Assembly (NCBI GenBank): GCA_051530055.1
Contig: CM121341.1
Span: 10,890,784 to 10,954,783, forward strand
DNA length: 64,000 bases
DNA from: Neoechinorhynchus agilis
Lineage: Eukaryota; Animalia; Acanthocephala
Direction of reading: 5' to 3'
Below, one piece after another: positions 56,363 to 64,000 of the stretch. The notes beneath the pieces were generated by a model, which was not told where the DNA came from, did not search any database, and was given only the letters and a program-made list of their open reading frames with translations. Every line of letters begins with the position of its first letter. Within the stretch, counting starts at the first letter, position 1. The position numbers and the translations under genes were made by a program.

Positions 56363-57757
56363 CTAAAAGGCTATAGGTCTTGAGTTTCGTGTGTCTATTT
56401 GCTTTTGGCAATAGACACAAAGAAGATGTCCACCTTGATGAACGGTTCGTCCGCGTGTTCCGGTCGTTGATGCACTTAGCGAAACTATATGTCCACATGA
56501 CAACCTCACTGGTGGATTTCTTGGAGTATCGGGTTTTCTAAGCACCGGACACAGAAAATACGAATGGTACAAAAAAGGCTCTTGGTGTAGTTTAACAGCC
56601 GAATTGAATACTCGTTCGCAATAAGTCTTGAGATCGAGATTGTTGACTTCTGACTGTTCCCTTGCAACCTTTCCCACCTTTGTAACAGTATCACAAATCT
56701 GACGGCCGGCATGAAGACATACCGTCAACGCATTAAAGCACCGAGCAGCATTTTCATTTGAACGAGGATCCATAATGCATAGAACGCAAGCGAAATCCCT
56801 TTGGAACGTTTCTATACATTTTTCCATATCTTCATCGTCCACGAGACTCGTTTGGAACAATTTTCGCATCAGCTTAGAAATCTGCGGGCTTTGCCGCAGT
56901 TCCGGACTACTGCTCTCTCTCAGATAGTCTAAAGCAGCGTTATGTTGGTTGCGACGGCACAAACTTATAAAATGCATTTGATCGATTCCTTTAAGAAAAT
57001 TCTGAAGGCATTGTGGAATGTACATATTGGCGCAATCGCCATTTCCATGGAGGTCTTTAAACCTTTCAAGAATCGCATCTGTGTCGAAGTGCGAAAGTCG
57101 ATCCATAACCCACTCCCAGCTGTCGAATTGACGAAGAAGCTGACTAAAACTATCTATTCGTGGACACCGACCAATATCTACGCTTTCATTTACGAAAATC
57201 CTAGCGGCTTCGATTTCAGCCATTCGAAATAATCCAAGTCCTATGAGATTCTCAACTCCACACCGCTCTTCGTCACTTTCTATTAACCGAGGAACACAAT
57301 GACCTCTAAATTTGAACGGAACTGTAATTCGTGAAACTGATTTCTTGAAAGCTGATACGTTTTTGTGCATCTGCCTATGTTGAACTACGAAATTCGTAAA
57401 TTTACCGAATATCTCGCGTCCGACTTGCAGTTTAGCTCCGTATTTATCTAAACTGCGGATCTGATCGATGGAGGAATCAATTGCGTACAGCATATCGTCA
57501 AATGTATTCGTTATAAATGGTTCAAATGTCTTTGTGAACGTGTTCAGGGTTTCTGTGAGTGGATCCATGAGGCGTGCAAACTTTTCTTCACATGTCTCGG
57601 CATTAAGGCGGTCCATCTCGACTGTAAAGTTGTACATCATCTCCCCTTCTTCAATTAAACTGTCTTGTATTGGAGCTTCTCGAATTCGAAGGGCCGCTAG
57701 TGCACGATTGCGTTCCTGTCGTCGTCCACGAATGCTGAACTGTCCTCGGCGTTCCAT
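56363..57757 (-). CDS. RMND5: RMND5/GID2-like CTLH-complex RING E3 ligase subunit
   Basis: C-terminal YHSYFLCPVLR..NPPVRLSCGH..CVYC..PIAF; single 464-aa ORF. Confidence 0.8.
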   Translation of the reverse strand: MERRGQFSIRGRRQERNRALAALRIREAPIQDSLIEEGEMMYNFTVEMDRLNAETCEEKFARLMDPLTETLNTFTKTFEPFITNTFDDMLYAIDSSIDQIRSLDKYGAKLQVGREIFGKFTNFVVQHRQMHKNVSAFKKSVSRITVPFKFRGHCVPRLIESDEERCGVENLIGLGLFRMAEIEAARIFVNESVDIGRCPRIDSFSQLLRQFDSWEWVMDRLSHFDTDAILERFKDLHGNGDCANMYIPQCLQNFLKGIDQMHFISLCRRNQHNAALDYLRESSSPELRQSPQISKLMRKLFQTSLVDDEDMEKCIETFQRDFACVLCIMDPRSNENAARCFNALTVCLHAGRQICDTVTKVGKVAREQSEVNNLDLKTYCERVFNSAVKLHQEPFLYHSYFLCPVLRKPDTPRNPPVRLSCGHIVSLSASTTGTRGRTVHQGGHLLCVYCQKQIDTRNSRPIAF

Positions 57758-58219
57758 CTGAAACGTTAATTCAAAAATGAATGACTAGGATTTCCTATTT
57801 AAAACGATTGATGAACAATTATCTACTCAAAACATATCAGGCAAAATAAAGCTATCATCCAATCTTTTTCTGTTAGGACTATATTTCACTTGAATACTAC
57901 TTCACCCAAAAGCCTTTTAAAGCTGTATTTTTTAACAAAAAGTGACAATAGTTGTAAGTCACAGCTATTTTGTTCAGTAAGCGAATCCTTATTAAATATT
58001 TTTCATCGATTTTCAAGATAGAACGATCAGACATTCGCTTACACTCCGATGAGAATGAGTTTCTCTTGAGTAAAAATGTTTTTCCAACAGCACTTTGATT
58101 GTTTTAAACCGAGAAAAACAACTTGAACTTTTTATCTGTCGAAGTTACATTGCTAAAGACGCTTTAATTATAAAGCTAAAATCTGCACGGCCAGTTCAAT
58201 TTGGTAAAACTACTTTCAG

Positions 58220-58830
58220 ATTAAAATTTAAATCTTTTCAAGTCTGGTTAGCCGGTTACATTTATTCTGTTTTGGAGTGTGGCCTTTTTTTCACGGCTGA
58301 TAATTTTCCTTGGGAACACTTTCTACAGATATGGTTGAAGGAAGCGCATAAAATCACTTGATAACCTGATCCTTCACCTCCTCGGGAGGTATATGAGGAT
58401 CCAGAGTGTTGAGTACAAAATTCATTACCGCATGGTTCAGCGGGGTATTAAGTGTGATTTCACGAGCTTCCCTTATCTAAGGTATCGGTGGGTTGTGTAC
58501 CGAAGGAAAATAATCAGTCGTGGAAAAAGTTTCACAGCTAAACCGATCTCTTGCACCAGGGAAGCGCATAAAATCACACTTAAGGCCCTGTTGAACATTA
58601 CGCGGATATGAGTTTCGTTAATCCCTCCGGATGCTCAGATACGTCCCGATTAGTCGGAACTCATAAGTGAGTTTCCTTCTCCCCTTAGCGAGGTATTTCG
58701 TCCCCATTGTTTGTGAGTCATCGACGATCGTGGAGTTGAAGAGTCGTCGTGATTCAATCACTTCCCTGATGGAAGAGTAAGGGATGATCTAAAAACCTAA
58801 TTAATATAACCGGCTTGCCAGGCGAAATGT
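58220..58830. mobile_element. Foldback relative of the 4736-5135 ribozyme cassette (two opposed arms)
   Basis: Inverted ends CTGG..AGCCGGTTA.ATT.ATT; plus arm 58377-58480 and minus arm 58555-58730 both align to 4921-5040. Confidence 0.75.
58634..58705 (-). ncRNA. Second permuted hammerhead (core CTTATGA, G5 changed to U, probably impaired)
   Basis: GGGGAC-GAAA-TAC ... AAA-CTCA-CTTATGA-GTTCC ... GTA-TC-TGAG. Confidence 0.65.
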
Positions 58831-59002
58831 ATAAAAAGCGAGAAATCTAATTTAAATATTTAGACGTTTTCTTGGGTGCGGCAACCATCGGAATTCTCAA
58901 AAAAACTGAGCAAGATATACCCAGGACTAAAAAAGACTAATTTAAATTGTCGATATGTGAGGAGAAAACGGGTCAGTATTTGATTATAATTATTGTTTAG
59001 AA

Positions 59003-59170
59003 GTCTTTAACCGGTAAATAATGTTATTTTGCACTAAAAACGCATTGGGAACTTCGTCGAGTTCATCATCAGTTTGTTAGTTATTAAAAGACGCTCAAAC
59101 AAACTGTTGATGAACCCGACAAGGTTCACCGAACGTTTTTAATCGAAAAAATTATATACCGGTTAAAGAC
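59003..59170. mobile_element. Foldback/MITE-like element
   Basis: 20-bp TIR GTCTTTAACCGGTA.ATAAT plus an inner ~30-bp inverted repeat at 59049-59128. Confidence 0.8.
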
Positions 59171-60094
59171 CAGATTTTCGAATCAACTCTCCAAATACAG
59201 TTAGGCGAAATAACCACCAATTCCCACTAGAACAGACCCAACCGGATCGCTTGTTTGGAACAACTATGAACTCGAGTGCTTATGAGGACCCGGTTCTAGG
59301 CTTATGATCGTAGGTGCCTTAGCGAATAGAAAACAAGGAGCAATATTATCACCTCTAACACACAGATCATTGCTAGAGAAAACAAAAATACTCCAGAAAA
59401 CGTCAATGTAATCGCGGCGAAAACAAAGTTCAAAACACGTGATCTGAGAAGTGCCTTTAACCAATACTACGTCATCACTGTTTAAATGTGCGGCACGAAC
59501 ACAAAAGAATGTTCTCGGATCGGAACTTGTTCCACGTCTTAATAGCCCGTGTTACATCAATTTCTGCGCTTTAACGTTTGGGCCTTTCTATTTGTCCAGT
59601 AACTTAAATACGAGGTTTCATCGTCGCTGTTTGTTTTATATTTTGTAAACAAGAAGTGTGATTTAGATATCTTTGTTAGATAATGATTTTTTTTGTTAAA
59701 GACTTTTCTGAACTCACGCTTTGTCTTTCAATAACTAATAAATTAACGATGAATCTGAGGAAGTTCGCGTAACATTTTTAATGGAAAAAATTCGTCACCT
59801 ATAACCCGCAAGGTACTCACATATCGACATTTTGACTAAACTTATTTTGAATTCTCTTTTCCCCGCCCTTCCTGTATATCAGATGATGTCATGCGACGCG
59901 AAAGAATTCTGTTTTCTTGCTTCCCATATAGATGATTCCTTCGCGTCAAACGATGTTTTTGGTTTATTGCTGTGTTTTGAGAACATCTTAATTATTTTTA
60001 CTAGCTGGAAGTGTAGTGGTCAATCTCCAGGATGAATTGCAATAGTTCTCGAGTGAGCATCTCCTCATCAGTCATCGTTTGTAATCTTTTGGGA

Positions 60095-60275
60095 TTTTAA
60101 ATATCTTTTTAGATCTCGATAGCCGGTTATATTTATTCTAAGTGATCACGAGCGAGAGAAAGGCCTTTTGCATGGATCACAAATCCGGACTGTTTAGCAC
60201 AAAAATCATAAAACGTATATGGTTCAGCGGGGTGTTAATCGATTTCGCGCTCTGCCCTTATCCTTGATTTAACGT
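60095..60275 (+). repeat. Truncated member of the ribozyme-cassette family (end motif and post-cleavage tail, no catalytic core)
   Basis: 60120-60139 matches 58249-58268 at 19/20; ATGGTTCAGCGGGG shared with 58432-58445. Confidence 0.7.
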
Positions 60276-60436
60276 GAACTCTGTGTGTGTGGCCGACAAA
60301 AAATTATCCGTCGGGGTTCTTTATCATGCCGACGTTACTTTAACTTTGACGTCATACGCCTTTTAGACGCGAAAGAATCGTGTGCATTAGTTTCGACACC
60401 CGCACTCTCGTCCTTCCCATCTATTTTTCCAGACAA

Positions 60437-61867
60437 ATGACATCGACAGTATTGAAGTCTCCGTCGCCAACCTCGCAGTTGACTGCTCTCCAACAGACTG
60501 AGGAAACATCCAGTTCACGTCGGCGTGAAGGAAAAGTATTTGTAGGAGGTCTTCCTTGGAATACGGGCGAAGAGGCGCTTCGGCAATACTTTTCGGAATT
60601 TGGCACGATCAAGCACATCAACATGATCACTGATCAGTCAACTGGTCGATCACGTGGATACGCTTTCGTCATATTCGAGAGTGAACGGAGTTTAAAGAAG
60701 GTATTTGACCGCAAGGAACATAGAATAAGCGGAAAACGTGTTGACGTGAAGAATGCATTTCGTCGAAATGCTGAACCTCCAATTACAAAGTTATTTGTTG
60801 GTGGAGTAGATCTTCAAAGCCTTTCAGAATCGGATTTAAGAGAATACTTTGGAAGATTTGGTGAGATTGACCAAGTCGACATTCCTTATGATCGGGAGAA
60901 GAACGTTCCCCGGAACTTTTGTTTCATTACTTTCCTATCTGCTGAGTCCGTCGATGAAGCTGTTCAAGTTGGTCCCAAACATCGACTTGGTGGTCGATTA
61001 GTTGATGTAAAGAAAGCGACACCTCGTCCGGAGAATGGTATTCCTGGTAGACGTAGTGGTCCCGACATATACGGAGCTCTTCCAATGAATCCAATGTTCC
61101 ATCGAGGATCTCCACGTGGAATCGTAGGACGTGGAAGCATGCGGGGAGGACGACGACCTCCTTATGGTGGACGAGATGATCAAATGTATCAAGGACCTGG
61201 GCAGTATCCACCAACCGACTATCCTTACCCGCCACCGCAACAGCAACCACCGCCACGGATGCCCTATATGACACCACAACATGCGCCTCCTCAATTGATG
61301 GCTGGTTCTTACCCGCCTCCTAACGTCCCAACGGATCACTACCAAAGCTTGACAACGGCACAGTACCAGGTACCACCTAGTCAGTCCCAGTCAAAAGACA
61401 ACAACGATTGGTCTTATGACCGAACCAGTAGCCAAGCGACATCTACACCCTCGACTCCGGCTAAACAACCCACACAATCGGCCCAACAACAGCAGCCGCA
61501 ACAACAACAGCAGCAGTATCCTCCAACACCAGCTACTGGAGGGACTCCGGCTTCTGCTTCCGCTTACCAACCACCACCACCGCCGCCTACTCAGTACGGT
61601 GAAGACGCTGCTGCAATGATGGCCGCTGCTGCGAATCCTTACTACCAACATATGTACCAAATGCAGGCCGCCGCTATGGCTATGGCGCCTACTACTCAAA
61701 GTAAGTCCCACTAAAAAAAGAAATTGATTCGCTTAATTTCCCCATAATAAATAGGTACCACCGGGAAGTATCCGGACGCAAAACGAGCCAGAGGACAGTC
61801 TACGCCGGGTAGGGGAGGTATCGCTGGTCCACAGCGCAGACAAGCGTATAACCCTTATGGAAGATGA
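60437..61867 (+). CDS. hnRNP A/B/D (squid-like) two-RRM protein; GT-AG intron 61701-61754
   Basis: KVFVGGL, RSRGYAFV, KLFVGG, RNFCFITF; Gly/Pro/Gln-rich tail; C-terminal RRQAYNPYGR PY-NLS-like end. Confidence 0.9.
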
Positions 61868-62509
61868 GGTAGGTACATTGCTTTTAATATTTCTCTGTTT
61901 ATTCTTACAATTTCTATTTTCTCTGTTTTTTCATCATCAAAGACCATAGAGCGTTCAAATTTGTGGTGATCGTTGTCGTTTTGAGAGAGAGAAAAATAAA
62001 GCGCAAAAATTTTGTTTTTTTGTCGATTTATTGGCATTTATCGGTAAAAGTTCAGACAAAAGCGTCAATGATGAAAGGTAAAAGGTTAGAGTAATGGACG
62101 ATCACTATTCCCAATTTTTCTTGTAACCGGAATTGTGAAACATTTCTATAGATTTAACAAAAACCGTCATTTTATACGGTCTCCGTTGTCTTTAAGGTAA
62201 ATAAGTGCTGAGGCTCACTTTATGACGGAACATCATCACTTTCGTCCATTTTGGTGCTATAAAATCTTCTCAAACTGAGACGTATACAAAAATCCTTGTT
62301 TTTTGTTTTGAAGATCGATGCGCTCTACATATGCGCACGTATTTAGAGACGAAACCCATTGTTAGAAATGAAGTCGATCACTTTCGAAACTTTTTGGTCT
62401 AGCACTTTTGACCTTCATGTTTACGGCAACGGTCGCCTTTCTGTTTCTCCTTAAAAAAAGAGAGAGGGAGAATAATACCGTTTAAATTCTGTACGAATAA
62501 CTCGGGTTT

Positions 62510-62523
62510 GTTGCCATGGCAAC
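62510..62523. promoter_or_regulatory. RFX X-box
   Basis: Perfect palindrome GTTGCCATGGCAAC in an intergenic region; E2F-like GGCGGGAAA about 45 bp downstream. Confidence 0.6.
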
Positions 62524-63107
62524 TAATAGTTATCATCTGACTATTAGATAACTTCTAAATGGTGGCGGGAAAATGTGCTGGCTAAGAGAATTATGCATAG
62601 ACACTTCGCGGGACGTCAACTCTCGCTTTAGTCGGGTCAGATCGTTGCCTACGACAATAGCGCAAGAGCACACAGAACTTGGATCTTTGTTTCACTCACT
62701 GTGTCACGGTTTATTCTGCTTGAAAAGCAAATAGTTTTTTCTCCTTCTGTATCTGAGGTCATAAAGCGAGTCATTTTCGTTTGCCCAAGTGGAAATCTTA
62801 GTTTCGTTTGATCGTTCTTTTGAAAGTGTTAGGACTCATTACCACGATGTCCGACTCTGAACTGCTTGACTTGTTGTTACGAGACTACCAGTTGGTCGTC
62901 TTTTTCTTAACGAGAATATAAGCCGCGATAAAATTTCGCGATTTGTAATATCATGTTGCAGACGATGAACACTTTTATGTCAGGTTCAACGCTAAAGTTA
63001 TTTATGGCCCTTAGACCTTCAGTGTTGTCTTGGATATTAGTGAGTATAAACGACGACCGAATCACCTTTGTTTTTCGCATAATACCTACTTTTTTTAGTA
63101 CCGATCA

Positions 63108-64000
63108 ATGTCTTCAAAGCCGGATGTACGTTTTATTGAGCGTGCTCTCGTTTCTTCCTTCAACGGTTTCTTTGTTCGTTAACAGATTCTAAAGGAAAGG
63201 ATATCCGCGCAGATTCCCATTAGAGCTCAGGAAGTAGCCGAGTTTACAAAGTCACATGGGAATAAGGTCGTTGAGGAGGTTACGGTTGAGATGGTTTGTT
63301 CTCTTCGTGTTTTGAAAAGAAAGCCCCTTATTTAAACGCGGGCAAATTTATGTTCGTGGTGTAGGTTTATAAAGGTATGCGCGATATAAAATCATTGGTT
63401 ACGGAGACGTCCCATTTGGACGCGAATGAAGGAATTCGGTATAGAGGATACACTTTGACTGAACTCAGTACTCTTTTGCCGACCGCGCCAGGCGGATCAT
63501 CTCCGTTGGCCGAAGGCGTGTTTTGGCTTTTATTGACAAGTGAGATTCCTACTCATGATGAGGTTAGCAACTTTCTTTTCGATATACGTGCGCGAGGTTC
63601 TTTTTTAAAGTGTGTCATTATTTTAAGGTTGAATGGCTTCGAGCGGAATGGCAGCGACGATGTACGTTGCCCGATTACGTGCTCAAGATTGTTCACTCAT
63701 TTCCGAATGATCTACATCCGATGGCTCAATTTTCAGCCGCTGTCACGGCAATGCACCGTGACAGTGTTTTTGAGCTTGAATATCATAGAGGAATTAAACG
63801 GTCGTTGTATTGGCAACCTGTTTATGAAGACGCAATGAACCTTTTGGCTAGATTGCCTCGTTTGGCCTCTATGATCTATAACCATTCTTATGCCAACGAC
63901 CATGATCTCAGTAGTCAAATTGGTGACAATCTCGATTTTACTCGCCAATTCTGCGAATTGATCGATTTGAAGGACCATGGAGCTATCGAATTTATGCGTC
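63108..64000 (+). CDS. CS: Citrate synthase, 5' part (runs off the window); GT-AG introns 63126-63186, 63294-63364, ~63561-63628; the true start may be further upstream
   Basis: GMRDIKSLVTETSHLDANEGIRYRG, PLAEGVFWLLLT, LHPMAQFSAAVTAM, YEDAMNLLARLP. Confidence 0.92.

Noticed and set aside
60030-60075. Minus-strand CTGATGAG-GAG..CTC-GAGAAC
   Set aside because: GAAA core is broken and there is no convincing stem I or III
1-64000. CRISPR arrays, rRNA genes, telomeric repeat tracts, prokaryotic operons
   Set aside because: None seen; the window is eukaryotic, and repeats are TE-derived or foldback types

Overview
Eukaryotic genomic DNA, probably from a fast-evolving invertebrate animal (inferred from short GT-AG introns, animal-type genes and a perfect RFX X-box). 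About 1-44.5 kb is a nested transposon graveyard. It holds Ty3/Gypsy LTR fragments, RTE and CRE-like non-LTR fragments, two Penelope-like remnants with minimal hammerheads, several copies of a divergent compact gag-APE-RT non-LTR family (two subtypes, found head-to-tail), a 1.3-kb repeat in 3 copies with an orphan ORF, and a probable endogenised toti-like dsRNA virus RdRp fragment. About 47.8-64 kb is compact and gene-rich: an SLC7 amino-acid transporter, phosducin-like 2/3, a PNPO-like gene, RMND5/GID2, an hnRNP A/B/D-like gene and the start of citrate synthase, with hairpin MITE-like elements between them. Top leads: (1) a 400-bp insertion with a 15-bp target-site duplication carrying a tRNA-like domain and a hammerhead ribozyme whose strands are in a non-circularly permuted order, with three further relatives at 58-60 kb; (2) SLC7 introns bounded by inverted repeats, one with no workable GT-AG solution; (3) tandem pairing of two non-LTR subtypes. 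All calls are by eye, with no database searches, and many boundaries are approximate.
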